DNA of 64,000 nucleotides from Utricularia gibba (Eukaryota > Plantae > Magnoliophyta), in the NCBI GenBank assembly GCA_002189035.1, contig NEEC01000195.1, positions 1-64,000 of the forward strand, in the 5' to 3' direction. The notes below the pieces were generated by a model that saw only the letters and a list, made by a program, of their open reading frames with translations, was not told the DNA's origin and ran no database searches. This document shows, in pieces, positions 9,601 to 24,600 of the stretch (position 1 is the stretch's first letter; every line of letters starts with the position of its first letter). A program made the position numbers and the translations under genes.

Positions 9601-12600
9601 TGGAACCGGAAAAAGATCAGCTTAGGCCTTGGCCCAAAGTAAGTTGTAGCCCGGCAAAGAAAGTGATGTATTTATTAACGTTCGGTTTTCGGTGTTGCCT
9701 ACATGGTTTTTCAAGGAACAGCTTCTCGTTTTGTGGCGGCCAGTCTCGCTAGGAACTTGGTCCGGGCCCGCGATTCTTTATGGCTCATGAGGACAAAAGG
9801 ATGCAAATCGATGAATACAATGTTGCATTTGTTTAAATTGCGATATCACGTGCACCCCACATGATTTTTTCAACAACTTACTTTATACTTGAGAGGCGTC
9901 TTTGGGTGCACTGGAACGGGACAAAGGTAAGGTTTGGCTTGGAGAGTTAGTTGTAGTCCGGCAAATAAAGTGATGTATTTATTATCGTTCGGTTTTCGGG
10001 GGCTGCCTACATGGTTTTTCAAGAACCGCTTCTCGTTTTGTGGCGGCCAGTCTCGCTGGGAACTTGGTCCTTGACCCGATTCTGTATGGCTCATGAGGTC
10101 AACTGGATGCAAATCGATTAAAAAAAATGATGCATTTGTTTAAATTACGATGTCACGTGCACCCCACATGATTTTTTTAACAACATACTTTATACTGAGG
10201 AGGCGGTCTTGGGGCACTTGGAACCGGAAAAAGATCAGCTTAGGCCTTGGCCCAAAGTAAGTTGTAGCCCGGCAAAGAAAGTGATGTATTTATTAACGTT
10301 CGGTTTTCGGTGTTGCCTACATGGTTTTTCAAGGAACAGCTTCTCGTTTTGTGGCGGCCAGTCTCGCTAGGAACTTGGTCCGGGCCCGCGATTCTTTATG
10401 GCTCATGAGGACAAAAGGATGCAAATCGATGAATACAATGTTGCATTTGTTTAAATTGCGATATCACGTGCACCCCACATGATTTTTTCAACAACTTACT
10501 TTATACTTGAGCAGGCGGTCTTTGGGTGCACCTGGAACGGGACAAAGGTAGGTTTGGCTTGCACGAGAGTTAGTTGTAGTCCGGCAAATAAAGTGATGTA
10601 TTTATTATCGTTCGGTTTTCGGGGGCTGCCTACATGGTTTTTCAAGGAACCGCTTCTCGTTTTGTGGCGGCCAGTCTCGCTGGGAACTTGGTCCTTGACC
10701 CCGATTCTGTATGGCTCATGAGGTCAACTGGATGCAAATCGATTAAAAAAAATGATCCATTTGTTTAAATTACGATGTCACGTGCACCCCACATGATTTT
10801 TTAAACAACTACTTTATACTGAGAGGCGGTCTTGGGGCACTTGGAACCGGAAAAAGATCAGCTTAGGCCTTGGCCCAAAGTAAGTTGTAGCCCGGCAAAG
10901 AAAGTGATGTATTTATTAACGTTCGGTTTTCGGTGTTGCCTACATGGTTTTTCAAGGAACAGCTTCTCGTTTTGTGGCGGCCAGTCTCGCTAGGAACTTG
11001 GTCGGGCCCGCGATTCTTTATGGCTCATGAGGACAAAAGGATGCAAATCGATGAATACAATGTTGCATTTGTTTAAATTGCGATATCACGTGCACCCCAC
11101 ATGATTTTTTCAACAACTTACTTTATACTTGAGAAGGCGGTCTTTGGGTGCACTTGGAACGGAAAAAGGTAGGTTAGGCTTGCCCAAGTAAGTTGTAGCC
11201 CGGCAAAGAAAGTGATGTATTTATTATCGTTCGGTTTTCGGGCTGCCTACATGGTTTTTCAAGGAACCGCTTCTCGTTTTGTGGCGGCCAGTCTCGCTGG
11301 GAACTTGGTCCGGGCCCGATTCTTTATGGCTCATGAGGTCAACTGGATGCAAATCGATGAAAAAAAATGATGCATTTGTTTAAATTACGATATCACGTGC
11401 ACCCACATGATTTTTTCAACAACTTACTTTATACTTGAGAAGGCGGTCTTTGGGTGCACTTGGAACCGGAAAAAGATCAGCTTAGGCCTTGGCCCAAAGT
11501 AAGTTGTAGCCCGGCAAAGAAAGTGATGTATTTATTAACGTTCGGTTTTCGGTGTTGCCTACATGGTTTTTCAAGGAACAGCTTCTCGTTTTGTGGCGGC
11601 CAGTCTCGCTAGGAACTTGGTCCGGGCCCGCGATTCTTTATGGCTCATGAGGACAAAAGGATGCAAATCGATGAATACAATGTTGCATTTGTTTAAATTG
11701 CGATATCACGTGCACCCCACATGATTTTTTCAACAACTTACTTTATACTTGAGAGGCGGTCTTGGGTGCACCTGGAACGGGACAAAGGTAAGGTTTGGCT
11801 TGCCAGTTAGTTGTAGTCCGGCAAATAAAGTGATGTATTTATTATCGTTCGGTTTTCGGGGGCTGCCTACATGGTTTTTCAAGGAACCGCTTCTCGTTTT
11901 GTGGCGGCCAGTCTCGCTGGGAACTTGGTCCTTGACCCCGATTCTGTATGGCTCATGAGGTCAACTGGATGCAAATCGATTAAAAAAAATGATGCATTTG
12001 TTTAAATTACGATGTCACGTGCACCCCACATGATTTTTTTAACAACTTACTTTATACTGAGAGGCGGTCTTGGGGGGCACTTGGAACCGGAAAAAGATCA
12101 GCTTAGGCCTTGGCCCAAAGTAAGTTGTAGCCCGGCAAAGAAAGTGATGTATTTATTAACGTTCGGTTTTCGGTGTTGCCTACATGGTTTTTCAAGGAAC
12201 AGCTTCTCGTTTTGTGGCGGCCAGTCTCGCTAGGAACTTGGTCCGGGCCCGCGATTCTTTATGGCTCATGAGGACAAAAGGATGCAAATCGATGAAACAA
12301 TGTTGCATTTGTTTAAATTGCGATATCACGTGCACCCCACATGATTTTTTCAACAACTTACTTTATACTTGAGCAGGCGGTCTTTGGGTGCACCTGGAAC
12401 GGGACAAAGGTAGGTTTGGCTTGCCGAGAGTTAGTTGTAGTCCGGCAAATAAAGTGATGTATTTATTATCGTTCGGTTTTCGGGGGCTGCCTACATGGTT
12501 TTTTCAAGGAACCGCTTCTCGTTTGTGGCGGCCAGTCTCGCTGGGAACTTGGTCCTTGACCCCGATTCTGTATGGCTCATGAGGTCAACTGGATGCAAAT

Positions 12601-15600
12601 CGATTAAAAAAAATGATCATTTGTTTAAATTACGATGTCACGTGCACCCCACATGATTTTTTTAACAACTACTTTATACTGAGAGGCGGTCTTGGGGGGC
12701 ACTTGGAACCGGAAAAAGATCAGCTTAGGCCTTGGCCCAAAGTAAGTTGTAGCCCGGCAAAGAAAGTGATGTATTTATTAACGTTCGGTTTTCGGTGTTG
12801 CCTACATGGTTTTTCAAGGAACAGCTTCTCGTTTTTGGCGGCCAGTCTCGCTAGGAACTTGGTCCGGGCCCGATTCTTTATGGCTCATGAGGACAAAAGG
12901 ATGCAAATCGATGAATACAATGTTGCATTTGTTTAAATTGCGATATCACGTGCACCCCACATGATTTTTTCAACAACTTACTTTATACTTGAGAAGGCGG
13001 TCTTGGGTGCACTTGGAACGGAAAAAGGTCAGCTTAGGCTTGGCCCAAAGTAGTTGTAGCCCGGCAAATAAAGTGATGTATTTATTAACGTTCGGTTTTC
13101 GGGTTGCCTACATGGTTTTTCAAGGAACAGCTTCTCGTTTTGTGGCGGCCAGTCTCGCTGGAACTTGGTCCCCCGATTCTTTGGCTCATGAGGTCAACTG
13201 GATGCAAATCGATTAAAAAATGATGCATTTGTTTAAATTACGATGTCACGTGCACCCCACATGATTTTTTCAACTACTTTATACTTGAGAGGCGGTCTTT
13301 GGGTGCACTTGGAACCGGAAAAAGGTCAGCTTAGGCCTTGGCCCAAAGTAAGTTGTAGCCCGGCAAAGAAAGTGATGTATTTATTAACGTTCGGTTTTCG
13401 GGTTGCCTACATGGTTTTTCAAGGAACAGCTTCTCGTTTTGTGGCGGCCAGTCTCGCTAGGAACTTGGTCCGGGCCCGCGATTCTTTATGGCTCATGAGG
13501 ACAAAGGATGCAAATCGATGAATACAATGTTGCATTTGTTTAATTGCGATATCACGTGCACCCACATGATTTTTTCAACTTACTTTATACTTGAGAGGCG
13601 GTCTTTGGGCACTGGAACGGGACAAAGGTAAGGTTTGGCTTGCCGAAGTTAGTTGTAGTCCGGCAAATAAAGTGATGTATTTATTATCGTTCGGTTTTCG
13701 GGGGCTGCCTACATGGTTTTTCAAGGAACCGCTTCTCGTTTGTGGCGGCCAGTCTCGCTGGGAACTTGGTCCTTGACCCCGATTCTGTATGGCTCATGAG
13801 GTCAACTGGATGCAAATCGATTAAAAAAATGATGCATTTGTTTAAATTACGATGTCACGTGCACCCCACATGATTTTTTTAACAACTACTTTATACTTGA
13901 GAGGCGGTCTTGGGGGCACTTGGAACCGGAAAAAGATCAGCTTAGGCCTTGGCCCAAAGTAAGTTGTAGCCCGGCAAAGAAAGTGATGTATTTATTAACG
14001 TTCGGTTTTCGGTGTTGCCTACATGGTTTTTCAAGGAACAGCTTCTCGTTTTGTGGCGGCCAGTCTCGCTAGGAACTTGGTCCGGGCCGCGATTCTTTAT
14101 GGCTCATGAGGACAAAAGGATGCAAATCGATGAATACAATGTTGCATTTGTTTAAATTGCGATATCACGTGCACCCCACATGATTTTTTCAACAACTTAC
14201 TTTATACTTGAGCAGGGCGGTCTTTGGGTGCACCTGGAACGGGACAAAGGTAAGGTTTGGCTTGCACGAGAGTTAGTTGTAGTCCGGCAAATAAAGTGAT
14301 GTATTTATTATCGTTCGGTTTTCGGGGGCTGCCTACATGGTTTTTTCAAGGAACCGCTTCTCGTTTTGTGGCGGCCAGTCTCGCTGGGAACTTGGTCCTT
14401 GACCCCGATTCTGTATGGCTCATGAGGTCAACTGGATGCAAATCGATTAAAAAAATGATCATTTTTTAAATTACGATGTCACGTGCACCCCACATGATTT
14501 TTTCAACAACTTACTTTATACTTGAGAGGCGGTCTTGGGGCACTTGGAACCGGAAAAAGATCAGCTTAGGCCTTGGCCCAAAGTAAGTTGTAGCCCGGCA
14601 AAGAAAGTGATGTATTTATTAACGTTCGGTTTTCGGTGTTGCCTACATGGTTTTTCAAGGAACAGCTTCTCGTTTTGTGGCGGCCAGTCTCGCTAGGAAC
14701 TTGGTCCGGGCCCGCGATTCTTTATGGCTCATGAGGACAAAAGGATGCAAATCGATGAATACATGTTGCATTTGTTTAAATTGCGATATCACGTGCACCC
14801 CACATGATTTTTTCAACAACTTACTTTATACTTGAGCAGGCGGTCTTTGGGTGCACTGGAACGGGACAAAGGTAAGGTTGGCTTGCCCAAGTAGTTGTAG
14901 TCCGGCAAATAAAGTGATGTATTTATTATCGTTCGGTTTTCGGGGGCTGCCTACATGGTTTTTCAAGGAACCGCTTCTCGTTTTGTGGCGGCCAGTCTCG
15001 CTGGGAACTTGGTCCTTGACCCGATTCTGTATGGCTCATGAGGTCAACTGGATGCAAATCGATTAAAAAAAATGATGCATTTGTTTAAATTACGATGTCA
15101 CGTGCACCCCACATGATTTTTTCAACAACTTACTTTATACTTGAGGAGGCGGTCTTTGGGGCACTTGGAACCGGAAAAAGGTCAGCTTTGGCCTTGCCCA
15201 AAGTAAGTTGTAGCCCGGCAAAGAAAGTGATGTATTTATTAACGTTCGGTTTTCGGGTGCCTACATGGTTTTTCAAGGAACAGCTTCTCGTTTTGTGGCG
15301 GCCAGTCTCGCTGGGAACTTGGTCCGACCCGATTCTTATGGCTCATGAGGTCAACTGGATGCAAATCGATGAAAAAAATGATGCATTTGTTTAAATTGAT
15401 ATCACGTGCACCCCACATGATTTTTTCAACAACTTACTTTATACTTGAGAGGCGGTCTTTGGGTGCACTTGGAACGGGAAAAGGTCAGCTTGGCTTGCCC
15501 AAGTAGTTGTAGCCCGGCAAAAAAGTGATGTATTTATTAACGTTCGGTTTTCGGGGTTGCCTACATGGTTTTTCAAGGAACAGCTTCTCGTTTTGTGGCG

Positions 15601-18600
15601 GCCAGTCTCGCTGGGAACTTGGTCCGGGCCCGATTCTTTATGGCTCATGAGGACAAAATGCAAATCGATGAAAAAAATGTGCATTTGTTTAAATTACGAT
15701 ATCACGTGCACCCCACATGATTTTTTCAACAACTTACTTTATACTTGAGGAGGCGGTCTTGGGGCACTTGGAACCGGAAAAAGAAGCTTAGGCCTTGCCC
15801 AAAGTAAGTTGTAGTCCGGCAAATAAAGTGATGTATTTATTATCGTTCGGTTTTCGGGGTTGCCTACATGGTTTTTCAAGGAACCGCTTCTCGTTTGTGG
15901 CGGCCAGTCTCGCTGGGAACTTGGTCCTTGACCCCGATTCTGTATGGCTCATGAGGTCAACTGGATGCAAATCGATTAAAAAAATGATGCATTTGTTTAA
16001 ATTACGATGTCACGTGCACCCCACATGATTTTTTCAACAACTACTTTATACTGAGGAGGCGGTCTTGGGGGGCACTTGGAACCGGAAAAAGGTCAGCTTA
16101 GGCCTTGGCCCAAAGTAAGTTGTAGCCCGGCAAAGAAAGTGATGTATTTATTAACGTTCGGTTTTCGGTGTTGCCTACATGGTTTTTCAAGGAACAGCTT
16201 CTCGTTTTGTGGCGGCCAGTCTCGCTAGGAACTTGGTCCGGGCCCGCGATTCTTTATGGCTCATGAGGACAAAAGGATGCAAATCGATGAATACAATGTT
16301 GCATTTGTTTAAATTGCGATATCACGTGCACCCCACATGATTTTTTCAACAACTTACTTTATACTTGAGAGGCGGTCTTTGGTGCACCTGGAACGGGACA
16401 AAGGTAAGGTTTGGCTTGCACGAGAGTTAGTTGTAGTCCGGCAAATAAAGTGATGTATTTATTATCGTTCGGTTTTCGGGGGCTGCCTACATGGTTTTTC
16501 AAGGAACCGCTTCTCGTTTTGTGGCGGCCAGTCTCGCTGGGAACTTGGTCCTTGACCCCGATTCTGTATGGCTCATGAGGTCAACTGGATGCAAATCGAT
16601 TAAAAAAATGATGCATTTGTTTAAATTACGATGTCACGTGCACCCCACATGATTTTTTCAACTTACTTTATACTTGAGGAGGCGGTCTTGGGCACTTGGA
16701 ACCGGAAAAAGATCAGCTTAGGCCTTGGCCCAAAGTAAGTTGTAGCCCGGCAAAGAAAGTGATGTATTTATTAACGTTCGGTTTTCGGTGTTGCCTACAT
16801 GGTTTTTCAAGGAACAGCTTCTCGTTTTGTGGCGGCCAGTCTCGCTAGGAACTTGGTCGGGCCCGATTCTTTATGGCTCATGAGGACAAAAGGATGCAAA
16901 TCGATGAATACAATGTTGCATTTGTTTAAATTGCGATATCACGTGCACCCCACATGATTTTTTCAACAACTTACTTTATACTTGAGAAGGCGGTCTTGGG
17001 TGCACTTGGAACGGAAAAGATAGCTTAGGCTTGGCCCAAAGTAAGTTGTAGCCCGGCAAAGAAAGTGATGTATTTATTAACGTTCGGTTTTCGGTGTTGC
17101 CTACATGGTTTTTCAAGGAACAGCTTCTCGTTTTGTGGCGGCCAGTCTCGCTGGAACTTGGTCCCCCGATTCTTTATGGCTCATGAGGTCAACTGGATGC
17201 AAATCGATGAAAAAAATGTTGCATTTGTTTAAATTCGATATCACGTGCACCCCACATGATTTTTTCAACAACTTACTTTATACTTGAGAAGGCGGTCTTT
17301 GGGTGCACTTGGAACCGGAAAAGATCAGCTTAGGCCTTGCCCAAAGTAAGTTGTAGCCCGGCAAAGAAAGTGATGTATTTATTAACGTTCGGTTTTCGGT
17401 GTGCCTACATGGTTTTTCAAGGAACAGCTTCTCGTTTTGTGGCGGCCAGTCTCGCTAGGAACTTGGTCCGGCCCGCGATTCTTTATGGCTCATGAGGACA
17501 AAAGGATGCAAATCGATGAATACAATGTTGCATTTGTTTAAATTGCGATATCACGTGCACCCCACATGATTTTTTCAACAACTTACTTTATACTTGAGGA
17601 GGCGGTCTTTGGGCACTTGGAACCGGAAAAAGATCAGCTTAGGCTTGCCCAAAGTAAGTTGTAGCCCGGCAAAGAAAGTGATGTATTTATTAACGTTCGG
17701 TTTTCGGGTTGCCTACATGGTTTTTCAAGGAACAGCTTCTCGTTTTGTGGCGGCCAGTCTCGCTAGGAACTTGGTCCGGGCCCGCGATTCTTTATGGCTC
17801 ATGAGGACAAAGGATGCAAATCGATGAATACAATGTTGCATTTGTTTAAATTGCGATATCACGTGCACCCCACATGATTTTTTCAACAACTTACTTTATA
17901 CTTGAGAAGGCGGTCTTTGGGTGCACTTGGAACCGGAAAAAGATCAGCTTAGGCCTTGGCCCAAAGTAAGTTGTAGCCCGGCAAAGAAAGTGATGTATTT
18001 ATTAACGTTCGGTTTTCGGTGTTGCCTACATGGTTTTTCAAGGAACAGCTTCTCGTTTTGTGGCGGCCAGTCTCGCTAGGAACTTGGTCCGGGCCCGCGA
18101 TTCTTTATGGCTCATGAGGACAAAAGGATGCAAATCGATGAATACAATGTTGCATTTGTTTAAATTGCGATATCACGTGCACCCCACATGATTTTTTCAA
18201 CAACTTACTTTATACTTGAGCAGGGGTCTTTGGGTGCACTGGAACGGGACAAAGTAAGGTTTGGCTTGCAAGAGTTAGTTGTAGTCCGGCAAATAAAGTG
18301 ATGTATTTATTATCGTTCGGTTTTCGGGGCTGCCTACATGGTTTTTCAAGGAACCGCTTCTCGTTTTGTGGCGGCCAGTCTCGCTGGGAACTTGGTCCTG
18401 ACCCCGATTCTGTATGGCTCATGAGGTCAACTGGATGCAAATCGATTAAAAAAAATGATCCATTTGTTTAAATTACGATGTCACGTGCACCCCACATGAT
18501 TTTTTAACAACATACTTTATACTGAGAGGCGGTCTTGGGGGCACTTGGAACCGGAAAAAAGATCAGCTTAGGCCTTGGCCCAAAGTAAGTTGTAGCCCGG

Positions 18601-21600
18601 CAAAGAAAGTGATGTATTTATTAACGTTCGGTTTTCGGTGTGCCTACATGGTTTTTCAAGGAACAGCTTCTCGTTTTGTGGCGGCCAGTCTCGCTAGGAA
18701 CTTGGTCCGGGCCCGCGATTCTTTATGGCTCATGAGGACAAAAGGATGCAAATCGATGAATACAAATGTTGCATTTGTTTAAATTGCGATATCACGTGCA
18801 CCCCACATGATTTTTTCAACAACTTACTTTATACTTGAGAAGGCGGTCTTTGGGTGCACTTGGAACCGGAAAAAGCTTAGGCCTTGGCCCAAAGTAAGTT
18901 GTAGCCCGGCAAAGAAAGTGATGTATTTATTAACGTTCGGTTTTCGGTGTTGCCTACATGGTTTTTCAAGGAACAGCTTCTCGTTTTGTGGCGGCCAGTC
19001 TCGCTAGGAACTTGGTCCGGGCCCCGATTCTTTATGGCTCATGAGGACAAAAGGATGCAAATCGATGAATACAATGTTGCATTTGTTTAAATTGCGATAT
19101 CACGTGCACCCCACATGATTTTTTCAACAACTACTTTATACTTGAGAAGGCGGTCTTTGGGTGCACCTGGAACGGAAAAAGGTAAGGTTTGGCTTGCAGT
19201 TAGTTGTAGTCCGGCAAATAAAGTGATGTATTTATTATCGTCGGTTTTCGGGGGCTGCCTACATGTTTTTCAAGGAACCGCTTCTCGTTTTGTGGCGGCC
19301 AGTCTCGCTGGGAACTTGGTCCTTGACCCCGATTCTTATGGCTCATGAGGACAAAAGGATGCAAATCGATGAAAAAATGTTGCATTTGTTTAAATTGCGA
19401 TGTCACGTGCACCCCACATGATTTTTTCAACAACTTACTTTATACTTGAGAAGGCGGTCTTTGGGTGCACTTGGAACCGGAAAAAGATCAGCTTAGGCCT
19501 TGGCCAAAGTAAGTTGTAGCCCGGCAAAGAAAGTGATGTATTTATTAACGTTCGGTTTTCGGTGTTGCCTACATGGTTTTTCAAGGAACAGCTTCTCGTT
19601 TTGTGGCGGCCAGTCTCGCTAGGAACTTGGTCCGGGCCCGCGATTCTTTATGGCTCATGAGGACAAAAGGATGCAAATCGATGAATACAATGTTTTGTTT
19701 AAATTGCGATATCACGTGCACCCACATGATTTTTTCAACAACTTACTTTATACATGAGGAGGCGGTCTTGGGGGCACTTGGAACGGAAAAAGTCAGCTTA
19801 GGCCTTGCCCAAAGTAAGTTGTAGTCCGGCAAATAAAGTGATGTATTTATTAACGTTCGGTTTTCGGGGGTTGCCTACATGGTTTTTCAAGGAACAGCTT
19901 CTCGTTTTGTGGCGGCCAGTCTCGCTGGGAACTTGGTCCGGCCCCGATTCTTATGGCTCATGAGGTCAAAGGATGCAAATCGATTAAAAAAATGTTGCAT
20001 TTGTTTAAATTATATCACGTGCACCCCACATGATTTTTTCAACAACTTACTTTATACTTGAGAGGCGGTCTTTGGGTGCACTTGGAACCGGAAAAAGTCA
20101 GCTTAGGCCTTGCCCAAAGTAAGTTGTAGCCCGGCAAAAAAGTGATGTATTTATTATCGTTCGGTTTTCGGGTTGCCTACATGGTTTTTCAAGGAACGCT
20201 TCTCGTTTTGTGGCGGCCAGTCTCGCTGGGAACTTGGTCCTTGACCCCGATTCTGTATGGCTCATGGTCAACTGGATGCAAATCGATTAAAAAAAATGAT
20301 GCATTTGTTTAAATTACGATGTCACGTGCACCCCACATGATTTTTTTAACAACTTACTTTATACTTGAGAAGGCGGTCTTTGGGTGCACTTGGAACCGGA
20401 AAAAGATCAGCTTAGGCCTTGGCCCAAAGTAAGTTGTAGCCCGGCAAAGAAAGTGATGTATTTATTAACGTTCGGTTTTCGGTGTTGCCTACATGGTTTT
20501 TCAAGGAACAGCTTCTCGTTTTGTGGCGGCCAGTCTCGCTAGGAACTTGGTCCGGGCCCGCGATTCTTTATGGCTCATGAGGACAAAAGGATGCAAATCG
20601 ATGAATACAATGTTGCATTTGTTTAAATTGCGATATCACGTGCACCCCACATGATTTTTTTCAACAACTTACTTTATACTTGAGCAGGCGGTCTTGGGTG
20701 CACCTGGAACGGGAAAAGGTAAGTTTGGCTTGCACGAGAGTTAGTTGTAGTCCGGCAAAAAAGTGATGTATTTATTATCGTTCGGTTTTCGGGGGCTGCC
20801 TACATGGTTTTTCAAGGAACCGCTTCTCGTTTTGTGGCGGCCAGTCTCGCTGGGAACTTGGTCCTTGACCCCGATTCTGTATGGCTCATGGTCAACTGGA
20901 TGCAAATCGATTAAAAAAAATGATGCATTTGTTTAAATTATGATGTCACGTGCACCCCACATGATTTTTTAACAACTTACTTTATACTTGAGAAGGCGGT
21001 CTTTGGGGCACTTGGAACCGGAAAAAGATCAGCTTAGGCCTTGGCCCAAAGTAAGTTGTAGCCCGGCAAAGAAAGTGATGTATTTATTAACGTTCGGTTT
21101 TCGGTGTTGCCTACATGGTTTTTCAAGGAACAGCTTCTCGTTTGTGGCGGCCAGTCTCGCTAGGAACTTGGTCCGGGCCCGCGATTCTTTATGGCTCATG
21201 AGGACAAAAGGATGCAAATCGATGAATACAATGTTGCATTTGTTTAAATTGCGATATCACGTGCACCCCACATGATTTTTTCAACAACTTACTTTATACT
21301 TGAGCAGGCGGTCTTTGGGGCACCTGGAACGGGACAAAGGTAAGGTTTGGCTTGGAGAGTTAGTTGTAGTCCGGCAAATAAAGTGATGTATTTATTATCG
21401 TTCGGTTTTCGGGGCTGCCTACATGGTTTTTCAAGGAACCGCTTCTCGTTTTGTGGCGGCCAGTCTCGCTGGGAACTTGGTCCTTGACCCCGATTCTGTA
21501 TGGCTCATGAGGTCAACTGGATGCAAATCGATTAAAAAAAATGATGCATTTGTTTAAATTACGATGTCACGTGCACCCCACATGATTTTTTTAACAACAT

Positions 21601-24600
21601 ACTTTATACATGAGGAGGCGGTTTGGGCACTTGGAACCGGAAAAAGGTCAGCTTAGGCCTTGGCCCAAAGTAAGTTGTAGCCCGGCAAAGAAAGTGATGT
21701 ATTTATTAACGTTCGGTTTTCGGTGTTGCCTACATGGTTTTTCAAGGAACAGCTTCTCGTTTTGTGGCGGCCAGTCTCGCTAGGAACTTGGTCCGGCCCG
21801 CGATTCTTTATGGCTCATGAGGACAAAAGGATGCAAATCGATGAATACAATGTTGCATTTGTTTAAATTGCGATATCACGTGCACCCCACATGATTTTTT
21901 CAACAACTTACTTTATACTTGAGGAGGCGGTCTTGGGGCACTTGGAACGGAAAAAGTCAGCTTAGGCCTTGGCCCAAAGTAAGTTGTAGCCCGGCAAAGA
22001 AAGTGATGTATTTATTAACGTTCGGTTTTCGGTGTTGCCTACATGGTTTTTCAAGGAACAGCTTCTCGTTTTGTGGCGGCCAGTCTCGCTAGGAACTTGG
22101 TCCGGGCCCGCGATTCTTTATGGCTCATGAGGACAAAAGGATGCAAATCGATGAATACAATGTTGCATTTGTTTAAATTGCGATATCACGTGCACCCCAC
22201 ATGATTTTTTTAACAACTTACTTTATACTTGAGAGGCGGTCTTTGGGTGCACTTGGAACGGAAAAGTTTGGCTTGCAAAAAGTTAGTTGTAGTCCGGCAA
22301 ATAAAGTGATGTATTTATTATCGTTCGGTTTTCGGGGGCTGCCTACATGGTTTTTCAAGGAACCGCTTCTCGTTTTGTGGCGGCCAGTCTCGCTGGGAAC
22401 TTGGTCCTTGACCCCGATTCTTATGGCTCATGAGGTCAACTGGATGCAAATCGATTAAAAAAATGTTGCATTTGTTTAAATTGCGATGTCACGTGCACCC
22501 CACATGATTTTTTCAACAACTTACTTTATACTTGAGAGGCGGTCTTTGGTGCACTTGGAACGGAAAAAGATCAGCTTAGGCCTTGGCCCAAAGTAAGTTG
22601 TAGCCCGGCAAAGAAAGTGATGTATTTATTAACGTTCGGTTTTCGGTGTTGCCTACATGGTTTTTCAAGGAACAGCTTCTCGTTTTTGGCGGCCAGTCTC
22701 GCTAGGAACTTGGTCCGGGCCCGCGATTCTTTATGGCTCATGAGGACAAAAGGATGCAAATCGATGAATACAATGTTGCATTTGTTTAAATTGCGATATC
22801 ACGTGCACCCCACATGATTTTTTCAACAACTTACTTTATACTTGAGAGGCGGTCTTTGGGGCACTTGGAACGGAAAAAGTCAGCTTAGGCCTTGGCCCAA
22901 AGTAAGTTGTAGTCCGGCAAATAAAGTGATGTATTTATTATCGTTCGGTTTTCGGGGGCTGCCTACATGGTTTTTCAAGGAACCGCTTCTCGTTTTGTGG
23001 CGGCCAGTCTCGCTGGGAACTTGGTCCTTGACCCCGATTCTGTATGGCTCATGAGGTCAACTGGATGCAAATCGATTAAAAAAATGATGCATTTGTTTAA
23101 ATTATGATGTCACGTGCACCCCACATGATTTTTTCAACAACTTACTTTATACTTGAGAGGCGGTCTTTGGGTGCACTTGGAACCGGAAAAAGATCAGCTT
23201 AGGCCTTGGCCCAAAGTAAGTTGTAGCCCGGCAAAGAAAGTGATGTATTTATTAACGTTCGGTTTTCGGTTGCCTACATGGTTTTTCAAGGAACAGCTTC
23301 TCGTTTGTGGCGGCCAGTCTCGCGGAACTTGGTCCTTGACCCCGATTCTGTATGGCTCATGAGGTCAACTGGATGCAAATCGATTAAAAAAAATGATGCA
23401 TTTGTTTAAATTACGATGTCACGTGCACCCCACATGATTTTTTAACAACATACTTTATACTTGAGAGGCGGTCTTGGGTGCACTTGGAACCGGAAAAAGT
23501 CAGCTTAGGCCTTGGCCCAAAGTAAGTTGTAGCCCGGCAAAGAAAGTGATGTATTTATTAACGTTCGGTTTTCGGTGTTGCCTACATGGTTTTTCAAGGA
23601 ACAGCTTCTCGTTTTGTGGCGGCCAGTCTCGCTAGGAACTTGGTCCGGGCCCGCGATTCTTTATGGCTCATGAGGACAAAGGATGCAAATCGATGAATAC
23701 AATGTTGCATTTGTTTAAATTGCGATATCACGTGCACCCCACATGATTTTTTCAACAACTTACTTTATACTTGAGCAGGCGGTCTTTGGGTGCACTGGAA
23801 CGGGACAAAGGTAAGGTTTGGCTTGCCCGAGTTAGTTGTAGTCCGGCAAATAAAGTGATGTATTTATTATCGTTCGGTTTTCGGGGGCTGCCTACATGGT
23901 TTTTCAAGGAACGCTTCTCGTTTTGTGGCGGCCAGTCTCGCTGGGAACTTGGTCCTTGACCCCGATTCTGTATGGCTCATGAGGTCAACTGGATGCAAAT
24001 CGATTAAAAAAAATGATGCATTTGTTTAAATTACGATGTCACGTGCACCCCACATGATTTTTCAACAACTTACTTTATACTTGAGAGGCGGTCTTTGGGG
24101 CACTTGGAACCGGAAAAAGATCAGCTTAGGCCTTGGCCCAAAGTAAGTTGTAGCCCGGCAAAGAAAGTGATGTATTTATTAACGTTCGGTTTTCGGTGTT
24201 GCCTACATGGTTTTTCAAGGAACAGCTTCTCGTTTTGTGGCGGCCAGTCTCGCTAGGAACTTGGTCCGGGCCCGCGATTCTTATGGCTCATGAGGACAAA
24301 AGGATGCAAATCGATGAATACAATGTTGCATTTGTTTAAATTGCGATATCACGTGCACCCCACATGATTTTTTCAACAACTTACTTTATACTTGAAGGCG
24401 GTCTTTGGGTGCACCTGGAACGGGACAAAGGTAGGTTTGGCTTGCACCGAGAGTTAGTTGTAGTCCGGCAAATAAAGTGATGTATTTATTATCGTTCGGT
24501 TTTCGGGGGCTGCCTACATGGTTTTTCAAGGAACCGCTTCTCGTTTTGTGGCGGCCAGTCTCGCTGGGAACTTGGTCCTTGACCCCGATTCTGTATGGCT

